NCBI GenBank assembly: GCA_001662655.1
Contig: KV460206.1
Strand: one strand, 5' to 3'
Source: Pseudogymnoascus verrucosus
Taxonomy: Eukaryota
Length of the DNA stretch: 64,000 nucleotides
The notes below the pieces were generated by a model that was given only the letters and a program-made list of their open reading frames with translations, searched no databases and was not told where the DNA came from. The translations under genes and the position numbers were made by a program. Of the stretch, positions 37,850 through 48,707 are shown piece after piece (positions within the stretch are counted from its first letter, which is position 1; each line of letters opens with the position of its first letter).

Positions 37850-38165
37850 GAGCACTGGTAAGACGGGAGGAATTTTATAGGATTGAAATCGAAAAAAGGC
37901 CCTGTGCCGAAAATAACTAATTCTTCGCACGACCCTGGCAATAAGATGAGAGGAATCTATGGTGAGAGAAATGACAAAGCCCTGTGCTGGAAATAACTAA
38001 TCCTTCGCACGACCCTGGCAATAAGATGAGAGGAATTTATAGTGAGGGCAATAAAAAAGCCCTGTGCTGTAAATAACTACATCTTGTCTGATGAGCTCTA
38101 GTAAGACAGGAGGAATTTCACAGAATCAAAGCACAAAGCAAATTCTCCGTGCCGAAAAAACAACT
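37850..38165. repeat. ~80-bp tandem repeat, ~4 degenerate units, downstream of SIR2
   Basis: GCCCTGTGC..AAATAACTAAT.CTTCGCACGACCCTGGCAATAAGATGAGAGGAAT recurs at ~37900, 37980 and 38060, with diverged terminal units. Confidence 0.85.
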
Positions 38166-38473
38166 GTTAACTGTCCTATCTAATGCTACGCTAAGATGAA
38201 CAACTCCCCGTCTCTTGAAATGTATGCGCCAGCTCAGTATGCAAGCTCATAGTCCCTCAAGTTGAGCCCTTCTCCCCAACGCCAAAGCCAAAGCCGAAGC
38301 CATAGCGACGAACGACGAACAACAACAGCTACCCGCTCAAAGCCCTCCAATGCTCAGTTGCTCAGATTTCCCACATCCCCAGCGCCAACGCGCCATATAT
38401 AACCCCCTCCCACGAACGCCACGCTCAAGCATTCATTCCACGTGATATTCCGTAAGCCATAAGCCATAACTCC

Positions 38474-40108
38474 CTACTCCAACTCCTTCTCCAGCTCCAG
38501 CTCCAGCTCCAGCTCCAACACCTTCTCCTTCTTCACATCCCCCTTCTTCACCTCCACCATCTTCCAACGACTCTCAAACTCCTCCACGAGCTGCACATCA
38601 ACCACCTGCCCCTTCGGAATCATCTCATGCTCCAACTCCCATCCCGCGCGCCGACACAACTCCGCGATCACCACATCGCAGTCCCCCAACATGTCAACAT
38701 CGAAATTAACATGTTTCACCGGCTCGCGCGATATGTAGATCTGCGGGATATGCGCTGGGAGGAAAGGAACCACCTCCGACACAGGCGCGACTTTGAGACT
38801 CGTCCCGATCACGATCACCAGGTCCACTATGTCCTTATCATGCTGCGTCAGGCGATCATGAAACGTATCCGGGAGCGCTTCCCCGAAGAACGTGATGTCT
38901 GGCTTCATCACACCGGCCTCGGGGAGGTCGTATTCATCGTCCCCTCCCTCCTCGGAGCTACTATCCTCATACTCCGCCTTCTTGCGCTTCTTCGGCTCAC
39001 TGCCATTAGCAGAGCGTTTCCGCTTCATAGCAGCTGGTGCCGCAGCCGCGCGGAGATACTGCACGCAGCGCTTGCAGCGCGGGATCAGGCCAGCGCGGAT
39101 GTCGGGGAAGATCGCTTCACCCGCGACTTGGGCGCCGCATTTCGTACAAGACGCAGTGGCGAAGGAGCCGTGGCATTGGATTAGCTTCTCTGGCTTTACG
39201 CCCGCTACGCCCTCGATGTTGTCGATGTTTTGGGAGTAGTTTGTGAGCAACTTTCCTTTGTCCTGGAGGAGCTTGATGAAGGCGTGGGTCGGGGTGAAGC
39301 GAGATGTGGTGGGGAGGATGTCCCGCGCGACGCTGTAGAAGATGGAGGGGTCTTCTTTGAAGAGGGCGATGTCGAAGACTTCTTGTGGGTCGGAGAGGCC
39401 GAGGTGTTCCAGCTTGGCGTAGAGCCCGACGTCTTTGGAGCGGAAGTCGGGGATCCCGAGGGAGGTGCTTATTCCGGCTCCTGTGAGGACGATGATGTTG
39501 TTGCATTTGTTGAGGAGCTTGACCACGTCGTCGATTGTATTGTAACTCGGTAGCTTTGATCGCTTGGACAGTTCGCGGCTCAGGGCCATCGAAAGAAGAC
39601 TGTAGTACGCCATGTCGGGCGCGCCCTCGAGGAATGCGGGGGGCTTGATGCCAAACGCCGTTATGAGTTTCTTTGCCGTGACTTTCCCTGCCTCGACAGT
39701 AGTCCCGCAGAAGATTGTAGGGCCGCTGTCGCGCAGAAGGCGGCGGTACTCGCGCGCTTCCTCGAGCGTGCAGACATCGTCTCCTATGGGGTGATGTTAG
39801 TAACCCCTAGCTTTCTTTGTAAGATCGATCTTGCATAACATACCACCCTGAAGCTCTCCATCTCCAATCTCCTCCAAGGCATCCTCAAACAGCGACTCAG
39901 TCTCCCAAACCTCCCCCGAAGTGACGCTTCCACTCTCGTAATCGTTATCGTCGTCCTCGTCCTCATCCGCCTCAAGCGCCTCAGTCGCGGGCTCGGGGCT
40001 CACTTCGCGCTCCCCCACCAGCGCTTCATCGTCGGAGACAAGGTCGACCACAGCCTTGAACGAGGTCTCGATGGTGGTCTGGCCAGCGGCGAGCTGACTT
40101 AGGTCCAT
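38474..40108 (-). CDS. SIR2: NAD-dependent histone deacetylase Sir2/Hst1, 2 exons
   Basis: [30 protein letters not shown], CxxC..Cxx[27 protein letters not shown] intron at ~39843-39784. Confidence 0.95.
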
Positions 40109-40381
40109 CGCGACTTGTCTTTGTAGTCGACTACCTCGGTCCCTCGAGGCGCATGTGGATGGCGTCTCCGTCTCGGAGTTTAAATATAAGCTAAGATTAA
40201 CGGTCTTATCGCTTATCGGCGCATCGGCCAAGGGCCGGCCGGTGGGGTAGGGTGAATTTGATGTGAGGCTCCGCTGACAGGGTCCTGGACTGAACGTCAA
40301 AATTCGAATTAGTTTGACTTCGGTCAATTAGAATCCGGAAATCTGAATTGAGCAAGATGCACTGTCAAGTGCGATTGCGCA

Positions 40382-43300
40382 ATGGAAGGATCTCAACAGC
40401 CGGGGGGCGCAGATCCACCCCAAGGGACCACCACCTCGAAACCTACAATTGAGCGGAGGAGATCGAGGGCCCTCTCTGTTCTCAAGAGCAGTAAACCTAA
40501 AGTCAACGATGAAGGACAAAGCAGCGGAGCTGGGGGTGTCTCCAAAGGCATATTACATCGCAGACCAACCCTCGGGCCACGAAAGAAAGAAAAACATATC
40601 AAGATAGAGGAGGGCCCGCAACGGCCAAACCCTCTCGTCAATGCCTCGAGTATATACATGGGCTCGTATGGCCCGAGTCCAAGCGCCTCGCGCCCTATTT
40701 CGATGCGCTCGATGCGGTCCCCGGGGTCTCCACGGTCACCGAGACCCTCTGCGATGGGGACACCGAGACACTCCGCGATGGCGACGCCGAGGCACAGTTT
40801 GAGTGCTGTGGGAATGAATACAGTGCACTTGGAGGAATTGGATCATCTACTACGGGACCTCAATGTGCATTTGGAAACATATGGGATTCAAGAGACGCGT
40901 GATGGCTTTTTTGATGCCCCCTTCTTCAAGCCGCCGAAGACGGATAAGGAGGAGCTGATGCGATCGGCGAGGAATACACTCCCAGCGTCTTTCAGGAAGA
41001 AGCATCCGCTGTCAGTGTCTCACTTCTTGCCGAAGCAATGGCATGAACTGAAGAGCGTGGTGCGACGTCTGATGACTACAAGAGCTGGCATCAAGCTTAC
41101 GAAATCGTTTCTTGGATTTTTTATACCATATATCCTGTGTCTGATTCCGGTTGTTGGTAACTGGGTGGGCAGATACCGGTATATCATGGTTTTATCTGCG
41201 CTATTTAACCATCCGGGAAGGACAATCGGGGCTCAGATTGATGGCGCATTTCTGACTATCATGGGAACATGTACTGGCCTTGGCTGGGGAGCCTTGGCCC
41301 TGTATGTCTCTGACTCTACGAGTGTAGCGGAAGGTGGATATGGAGGCGTGCTCGCCGCTTTCTTGATAATATTCATGGGCGTCATGGCATCGCTAAGATC
41401 CTATTTAATAAGGATATATCAGTTTGTCGTACCCGCTGGAATCGCTGCTATGTTCTGTTGTTTGGCCGAGACCGGGCGAAATGTAACCTGGGAGAAACTT
41501 CTAGCTTATGGTATACCATGGGCCTTGGGGCAGGGTATCAGTCTCATTGTGTGCTTGGTTATAGCTCCAGATGGTGGCTCTCGCCAGATTGCTCTGGCGG
41601 TCCATGACGCGTTTCGAGTCATGCAAGATGGGCTGACACTCCCACGGACGGAGAATCAGAGTATCCATCGCCAGCTGTCGTGGACATTTGTCAACCTTTC
41701 TCAAGCTTATCGAGACCTCGCCCTCGACATCTCATATACGAGATTTGCTCCTGGGGATATTGCGGAGGTCAGAAACGCCATGCAGGCAGTGGTTCGATCA
41801 TTGTTGTCGCTGAAGACAGAGACGGAACTTTTCAATGGTGCGGAATCCAATAGCCAGCAAGCAAATGATTCTAGTGACGGCGATGTGGTTGTGGACATTG
41901 AAGAGCCACGCTCACGGCAAGCAAGTACAGGCACTATAGAAGAGCAAGCGGTGAACCTCGTTACCAAGACGCTTGCTGGCCCTACCGAACAGTTACTTGC
42001 GGATATGAGGGATGGACTTGACTGTTGCAATGCAGTTCTTTTGGGGATGTCAGGGTATAGGAAGTATATCGGTCCTCCTCCGGAAGTTTCATCAGATGTC
42101 CTTGGGAGTCTGGTAAATCTCCGAAAAGCCAAAATCAATTTCGACAAGCTCCATAAGGAGCTCATTAACGATGAGGCCTTCCCAGCTACCTTTTCCAATT
42201 ACCCCGACGTCGTGGAGTTATTCCTATTTGTGAACCCTGTCAGGCAGACAGCAGATAGCTTGGAATCTCTGTTGGTCCTGGTGATGAAGATGCAACAAAG
42301 TCAGAAGAAATGGCGGTTTTACTTACCTCATTATCCCTTTCACAAGAGTCTCCAGAGAACCAATGCGCAGGTACGACATGACCGTGGAGGTATGACTACC
42401 GGTCTATTCTTCCGCAGCCAGAGGGAACTTAATGCTCTGATGATCGGCGCTCAGAAGAGCACATTCCAGCCGCTTCCTCGTAACAAAGCCGAAGAGAGCG
42501 CTGCGACATCAAGCCAGGAGTCCGATGATGGCGATGAGGATGTCATTATGAATAACGAAACGTCGTCGCCGAAGAAAACTTTTCGATACAAGCTATGGAA
42601 AGTGCTTCACAGGGCGCAGGGGTTCGAGATGCGCTATGCCCTTAAAGTTGCAATTGTCGTCTCCATGCTCTCCGTTCCGGCATGGCTGGAACAGAGTAGG
42701 GAGTGGTACAACGACTACCAAAGCTGGTGGGCGGTCATAGTTGTCTGGATAATGGTTCACCCTCGAACAGGAGGGAATATCCAGGATTTGTTCACACGCA
42801 GCTTCTGCGCAATACTCGGTGCGATATGGGGCGGCGTGGCACACGCAGCACGCGATGGAAACCCTGTCGTTGTGGCTGTTTTCGCTGCTATTTATATGAT
42901 TCCAATGGTATACCGCTACACGCAGAGTTCTCACACTCGGTCTGGGCTAGTCGGCTGTCTCAGTTTCATCATTGTCTCTCTCGACCTACAAGCTCAGGAT
43001 AACCGCCAGTCGAACATCAACATCGCCTGGACTTTAGGCGTCGCCTTTGTGGTAGGCGTCATATCCGCGATTCTAGTCAGCTGGCTTCTATGGCCCTTTG
43101 TTGCCCGCCACGAGCTGCGCAAATCTCTATCGGGGATGATATACTACTCCGCCCTCATCTACCGCGGTGTCGTCGCGCAGTACATTTACTACGAAGAAGG
43201 TGACGAGCCAACCCAAGAAGACATCACCCGCTCCGAGATGCTAGAAGGTCGTCTCCGCGAAGCCTTTGTCCGCATGCGCCATCTCCTGGCATTAACTAGA

Positions 43301-43894
43301 CACGAGATCCGATTACGAGAACCATTTAATCCTTTGCCCTATTCGGCACTGATTGAGAGCTGCGAGGCGTTCTTCGAGAATCTGGTTGAAGTGCGCCAGT
43401 TTAGTCTTTACTTCCATCCGAATTATATGAGTCAGAATGAGGCGGTTTCGAGTGAGCTACTCCCGTATCGACGTGATGCGGTGGCTAGTATCCTCATGAC
43501 TCTGTATATCCTCGCTGGAGCCCTGCGGGGGAAGAGGAGAGTTCCGCGGTATTTGCCTAGTGCGATGGTGGCGAGGAAGAGGTTGTTGGATCGGATGGAG
43601 GAGCTGGAAATGGAACAGCAGGAGGAGGAGAGAAGTAAAGACTACAACGATGAGCATGCTGAAGCGCCGCTAGGGAAGAAGAATAATCAAACCCAAGGGA
43701 AGCAGAATGCCGAGGAGAGTGGTATGCGGTTTGCACAGGTTTACCAGTTTGCCTACAGTAAAGGTCTGACGCAGTGTGTGGAGCACCTTGAGCAGTTGCA
43801 GAAGTATACGAAGGCGATATGTGGAGAGGTTGGATTTGACCCGGACGATTTTGCAGAGGTGGAACATAAGATTGAGGACGAGTGGAATAGGTGA
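40382..43894 (+). CDS. Multi-pass FUSC/ArAE-family membrane protein (Bre4-like)
   Basis: 1170-aa intronless ORF with two hydrophobic helix bundles. Motifs NHPGRTIGAQID, RYALKV, WPFVARHELRK, EIRLREPF. Confidence 0.8.
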   Translation: MEGSQQPGGADPPQGTTTSKPTIERRRSRALSVLKSSKPKVNDEGQSSGAGGVSKGILHRRPTLGPRKKEKHIKIEEGPQRPNPLVNASSIYMGSYGPSPSASRPISMRSMRSPGSPRSPRPSAMGTPRHSAMATPRHSLSAVGMNTVHLEELDHLLRDLNVHLETYGIQETRDGFFDAPFFKPPKTDKEELMRSARNTLPASFRKKHPLSVSHFLPKQWHELKSVVRRLMTTRAGIKLTKSFLGFFIPYILCLIPVVGNWVGRYRYIMVLSALFNHPGRTIGAQIDGAFLTIMGTCTGLGWGALALYVSDSTSVAEGGYGGVLAAFLIIFMGVMASLRSYLIRIYQFVVPAGIAAMFCCLAETGRNVTWEKLLAYGIPWALGQGISLIVCLVIAPDGGSRQIALAVHDAFRVMQDGLTLPRTENQSIHRQLSWTFVNLSQAYRDLALDISYTRFAPGDIAEVRNAMQAVVRSLLSLKTETELFNGAESNSQQANDSSDGDVVVDIEEPRSRQASTGTIEEQAVNLVTKTLAGPTEQLLADMRDGLDCCNAVLLGMSGYRKYIGPPPEVSSDVLGSLVNLRKAKINFDKLHKELINDEAFPATFSNYPDVVELFLFVNPVRQTADSLESLLVLVMKMQQSQKKWRFYLPHYPFHKSLQRTNAQVRHDRGGMTTGLFFRSQRELNALMIGAQKSTFQPLPRNKAEESAATSSQESDDGDEDVIMNNETSSPKKTFRYKLWKVLHRAQGFEMRYALKVAIVVSMLSVPAWLEQSREWYNDYQSWWAVIVVWIMVHPRTGGNIQDLFTRSFCAILGAIWGGVAHAARDGNPVVVAVFAAIYMIPMVYRYTQSSHTRSGLVGCLSFIIVSLDLQAQDNRQSNINIAWTLGVAFVVGVISAILVSWLLWPFVARHELRKSLSGMIYYSALIYRGVVAQYIYYEEGDEPTQEDITRSEMLEGRLREAFVRMRHLLALTRHEIRLREPFNPLPYSALIESCEAFFENLVEVRQFSLYFHPNYMSQNEAVSSELLPYRRDAVASILMTLYILAGALRGKRRVPRYLPSAMVARKRLLDRMEELEMEQQEEERSKDYNDEHAEAPLGKKNNQTQGKQNAEESGMRFAQVYQFAYSKGLTQCVEHLEQLQKYTKAICGEVGFDPDDFAEVEHKIEDEWNR

Positions 43895-44335
43895 ATATTG
43901 TGCATATACAAGATATGTTTGAAGCTGTATTTGAACAGTAATTTTGTGTAATACTAGCGATTTTACAGTTGAAGATCTTCAAATGGATATTATATTCTGC
44001 CAAGGCTCGACCCAACTTGTATGAGCAAGGGCTCGTTATCTCGAATATCTATGCTCAGATTGTGTAAGCAACGAATGGAGGCGCCGATTTGAGGACCAGG
44101 GGGTCACTGTCGCCGTCGCGATTCGGTCTATCTTCTGACCGTCTACAGCTTCATTATATCTTGGCATGTGGTTTGAAATCAACGGCGATTTGAAATCATC
44201 TTGGCAGGTTATGATACACGCATATATATACTATTGGTTCTTGGGCTTCTTTTGAGCAGTCAGACTAGATCTATCATTCAAACCACCCACATCAGCCAAC
44301 AACATTTTTCTCACAACACACCCCTAACAATCACA

Positions 44336-45082
44336 ATGTCTTTCTCCGGCAAAAACGTCCTCATCATCGGCGGCACCCACGGCATCGGCCTCTCCACAGC
44401 CCAACTCCTCATCCGCGACAGCGCAACCGTAATCCTCACCGGCCGCAACACCACCAAAGCTGCAGACCTCCTCGGCACCACCGCCCACGGCCTCCCTCTC
44501 GACCTCCAAAACCTCTCCGAGATCACCTCCCTCCCTAGCAAGATACAGGCGCACCTAGGTTCAGACGCCAAGATCGACTTACTCTTCCTCAACGCCGGGT
44601 TCGCTGCCCTGGAGCCCCTGGCGACGGTCACGGAAGAATCTTTCGACCGCACGTTCAACACGAACGTTAAAGGCACTTTCTTCGCTGCCCAGACGCTCGC
44701 ACCGCTAGTCCGTGACGGAGGGGCTATCGTCTTCACAACATCCATAGCGAACAAACTCGGCATCCCAGGCATGGGCGCCTACGCAGCGAGCAAAGCAGCC
44801 GTTCAATCACTCGTCCAGACCTTCGCAGCAGAGCTAGCTAGTCGGAAAGTCCGCGTTAACGCAGTCAGTCCCGGGTACGTGAAGACTCCCACGATGGGGG
44901 TGGTAGGGGCGTCGGGGACGGAGCTGGAGGAGTTCGAGGAGCATGGGAAGAAGACTACGCCGTTGGGGAGGGTGGGGGAGGCGGAGGAGGTGGCGCGGAC
45001 GGTGAGGTTTTTGGGGTTTGAGGGGACGTTTGTGACGGGGGTGGAGGTGGTGGTTGATGGGGGGTTGGGGTTTTTGAGATAG
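44336..45082 (+). CDS. Classical short-chain dehydrogenase/reductase
   Basis: IIGGTHGIG, LNAG, YAASK catalytic motif, RVNAVSPG, VDGG. Intronless. Confidence 0.93.
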   Translation: MSFSGKNVLIIGGTHGIGLSTAQLLIRDSATVILTGRNTTKAADLLGTTAHGLPLDLQNLSEITSLPSKIQAHLGSDAKIDLLFLNAGFAALEPLATVTEESFDRTFNTNVKGTFFAAQTLAPLVRDGGAIVFTTSIANKLGIPGMGAYAASKAAVQSLVQTFAAELASRKVRVNAVSPGYVKTPTMGVVGASGTELEEFEEHGKKTTPLGRVGEAEEVARTVRFLGFEGTFVTGVEVVVDGGLGFLR

Positions 45083-45256
45083 TTTTGGGACTTCGGTGGT
45101 GGTTTTTGAGTGGATACAACAGAGTTTTGATTTAGTATCTGATTCCTTAAGCTGACTAGGATAATGGGAGTCACCATGATTACCTCAACACAAACCGAGT
45201 CCTGGTCCTGTTGGCGAGCATGGTGTACACCTTCTACTGTATTGTAATAGTAGCCT

Positions 45257-45715
45257 TTACCCTCGGCGGGAATCCTTCGACAGAGAAGGCTCAGAGAACG
45301 GCGGGAATTGGTATGGATACCTAAAACCTTCGTCGGATATCATGTTCTCCTTGAGTCGCTTCCTAGCCTCCTCAGACAAAACTTTTTTTTTGGGGAGCGG
45401 GATAGATGCTGTGTCGTAGTTCGTTCTTATAAAGAGCCCCGGTACAGTATCTTCAGTTGGTTTCTCCCAGTTTGTCGCATTTTCCAAAGCTATCTGGCGG
45501 AATCGAGCTCTTCGGGCGGCCTCTGTGCGTGGATCTTTATCTTTCGCTGCCTTTGCGGTATCCCTGCTTTCTGATGCGGTCTCGGTGGGAGGTATCGCCT
45601 GTTTCGAGGTTATGTTTGTGGCAACCGTTTCGGAGACGGCGTGAGACTCGTCCCTTGTGGATTCAGCGACTTGCTTCATTTTCTCCTCGGGAGACTGAGT
45701 GGCGTGGGTATCCAT
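45257..45715 (-). CDS. Hypothetical 152-aa hydrophilic protein
   Basis: ATG-initiated ORF with plausible charged composition and no recognisable domain. Confidence 0.45.
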   Translation of the reverse strand: MDTHATQSPEEKMKQVAESTRDESHAVSETVATNITSKQAIPPTETASESRDTAKAAKDKDPRTEAARRARFRQIALENATNWEKPTEDTVPGLFIRTNYDTASIPLPKKKVLSEEARKRLKENMISDEGFRYPYQFPPFSEPSLSKDSRRG

Positions 45716-46893
45716 CTCTCTAGTCTAGTGCCTTCAATTATGGTGTAAAACTGTTCAAATAACTTTATCAGTTATCAGGAAAGGGTATCTTTGTACAAAT
45801 AATATCTTTAGGGGTGCGGAGGGTACAGGGTGATGGGAAGCTGCTTTATGATCTGATATTTCGAAATGGGCCGACTTAAGTCACATCATGCCATCTGAGA
45901 TATGAGGTTCTCTGTATCGGTAGCATTATGTTGATATAATATTTTTGTATATAATTTCAAGTAAATATCATAAATAATTACTACCCTAAATAATTAAATG
46001 CATTGAATTTCCAAAATCAACATGAGAAACGAAGGGAAATATTATTGTTCCAAATCAACTATACCAGTTGCTATTGTTGCTAAACCAGAAATATATCCAC
46101 TCCATTGTATGCTTTGTAAAGCGGTGGCTTGTAATGCTGCAAGTGATAATATTTCTTGGTCGCTCCTGTAAGCTGGAGGAATGCAACGCCGACTTTGACT
46201 CACACCCACGACTTTGTAAGCTAGAATCAAGCAACTTGCTTAGGCCAAGAGCGCCTAACTGAGGGCTTCATGTGGGTACAGGGTGGGCGGGCCTACTTAT
46301 CAATCTTGAGGTTTAGTATGGTTTTCCAAGTGATAAATCTGAAGGCCCGGCCTCACTTATTCTCAGTTATGAAATAGGCTTCTTTTATTTCGTCAACCAT
46401 ATATCTATCAAATTATTTTTGCTAATATTATTACCGTGACATGTATAATTGTGTTTGGTAATATAGGCCCATTAACATGCCTATCGACTGTGTCTGCGAA
46501 AATAATGCATTGCGAAACGTAGAAATGCGCAACCAACACGCCCAAATAGGAGCTTGTGAGTGTACCATAAACGCTAGTTTAGTTACCGACCTCGTTCCAA
46601 ACGGTTAAACTAATGCCGCTGTGTAAATCGCGGTGTTCGTTGCAGGTGATGTACTAACGGCTAATAGTTTAAGCGTTGGCACCTTGACCTCTTTACCTGG
46701 TTTGGCGGGTAGTTCAACATTTCCGAGCATGTCGATCTAACAAGCTTATTAATTCTCAAGGCTGAACGAAATGATGTACAAGTGCCGACAGTGATTTTTT
46801 ATGCATCAATAGCAACCATTCTAAAAAACATTACAACGACAATTAAATTATTTGAGAAAAGAAAACAAATTTCTTATCATTAGTACATACAAC

Positions 46894-47781
46894 ATGTTCG
46901 AGGGATTCACAGAATTCGATATAGAGGTCCAATCCTCCCCTAATGTCACCATTCACGGGGTGCAAGGAGGTTCGGGACCAGCACTGCTCCTCGTCCACGG
47001 ATTTCCCCAAACCCATCTCATCTGGCACCTTGTCGTGCCGCACCTGGTTTCGCAATTCACCATCGTAGCTGTGGACATCCGGGGGTATGGCGCATCCACC
47101 AAGCTTCCCCAGAGCGAGGGACATACACACTATGCAAAGAGCACCATGGCACGCGACCTCAAAGTTGTGATGGAGAAGCTGGGCCATGACAAGTATTACA
47201 TCTGTGCCCACGATCGAGGGGCCCGCGTCGCCCACAAGCTGTGTGTGGACTTTCCAGCGCTTGTGATAAAGGCTATCTTCCTCGACATCAGCCCCACCCT
47301 GCTGATGTATTCAAAGACGGACTTCGAGTTTGCCAAGTCTTACTTTCACTGGTTCTTTCTGATCCAAAAGTACCCACTGCCGGAGACTCTGATTTCGCAG
47401 AATCCGAAGATGTTCGCGGAATTGTTTATGGGTGGAAGACACGCGGGACTTGGGGCGTTTACACCGCAGTGTTTCGCCCAGTATTTGTCGGTTCTCGAGC
47501 AGCCTGAGGCTGTTCATGCGATGTGCGAAGACTATAGGGCGGCTGCGACGATAGACTTGGAGGAGGCGAGACAAGATATTAAGGCAAATCGCTTTATACA
47601 AAATCCTCTAAGGGTCTTGTGGGGGAAAAATGGGACCATTGAGAAGTGTTTCAATGCTGTTGCGGACTGGAGTGAGGTTTCTACGGCGAGTGTAGACGGG
47701 GGAAATATTGACTGTGGTCATTATATAGCAGAAGAGGCGCCAGACATACTCGTAAAGAATATCAAGGAGTTCTTTGTCTAG
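46894..47781 (+). CDS. Alpha/beta hydrolase, haloacetate/fluoroacetate dehalogenase-like
   Basis: HGFPQ, DIRGYG, HDRGARV, LDI, YFHW, CEDYRA, CGHY. Intronless. Confidence 0.88.
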   Translation: MFEGFTEFDIEVQSSPNVTIHGVQGGSGPALLLVHGFPQTHLIWHLVVPHLVSQFTIVAVDIRGYGASTKLPQSEGHTHYAKSTMARDLKVVMEKLGHDKYYICAHDRGARVAHKLCVDFPALVIKAIFLDISPTLLMYSKTDFEFAKSYFHWFFLIQKYPLPETLISQNPKMFAELFMGGRHAGLGAFTPQCFAQYLSVLEQPEAVHAMCEDYRAAATIDLEEARQDIKANRFIQNPLRVLWGKNGTIEKCFNAVADWSEVSTASVDGGNIDCGHYIAEEAPDILVKNIKEFFV

Positions 47782-48707
47782 GGAACTTGGAGCACGGCAG
47801 GAGCGCCGACTACCAGGTGGTCGGCCGCACTTTCCGAAATACATGGTACAGGTATATACATACGGTTTCTACTCAATTCTCAATTCAACAGAACAGACTT
47901 TAACCCATTTCTTCCATCCGCCAGCTCAAAAGAGGCCTGTGTCGTTGAGTTTTAAGCGATCAACTGAGTAAATCGCCTGTACCATGAAGCTGTCTATCTT
48001 CGAGACGAACCGACCTATTTGAGACACCGTACCAGGGGTCTCCGGATCTGACGTGCCAGCGCCACAATTCCGCACCAGCATTCTCCACAAAGCCCACCTG
48101 TCATGCGGGCGGGACCCTTGTCCCTGGACTAATAATAACACTAGGCACCCTTCAAATCGAAGACAATTCGCTATATCAGCATAGAGTACGACCGGACAAC
48201 ACAGGCGAGAACCCAGTATAGAGTAAATTACCATACCTTCTACACGAGAAAGATCCATAGGCTATCCGGCGAGTTAAGACTCACTTCGTGTTGGTTTTCA
48301 GTAACTAAACCTAACCAGATACGACGACGTAAATGTTGCGATCTCGTATTGCGGCGCGTTTAGCCGAAATTGGATTATTGAACACTACTTCGTAATACGA
48401 TGGGACGCCCAGAGTCAGCCCTTCAGCCCACCCTTCAAATACGAGGGGTCCCCCCATGGATGTGCAACATCCCCCGCAAACGGCTGTCGCACATTTCGCT
48501 ATCGTTTTGTTTTTTTTGTTCTTGTCACTCGTTTATGATATGCAATATCGCGTTTATGGAGGCATAGGAGAAGCTTTAAGGGGTTTCAAAGTTGCTGCGG
48601 GTAGATAGACAGCGATCGACAGCCCGATAAGAGCTCCTCGTCCTAGTGGAGCACGATAGGCCGCGATCGACAACCAGATACCCAGGCTGTCTCACTTGAT
48701 AGAGGGA

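Noticed and set aside
35021..38470. Short ORFs in the long PMC1-SIR2 intergenic region
   Set aside because: Low-complexity translations without motifs or coherent splice structure. More likely promoter/5'UTR of PMC1.
38474..38520. ELELELE tail of Sir2 as a functional motif
   Set aside because: Explained by a (GAGCTG)n microsatellite at the end of the CDS.
47926..48258. 110-aa - strand ORF
   Set aside because: No recognisable domain or codon bias.
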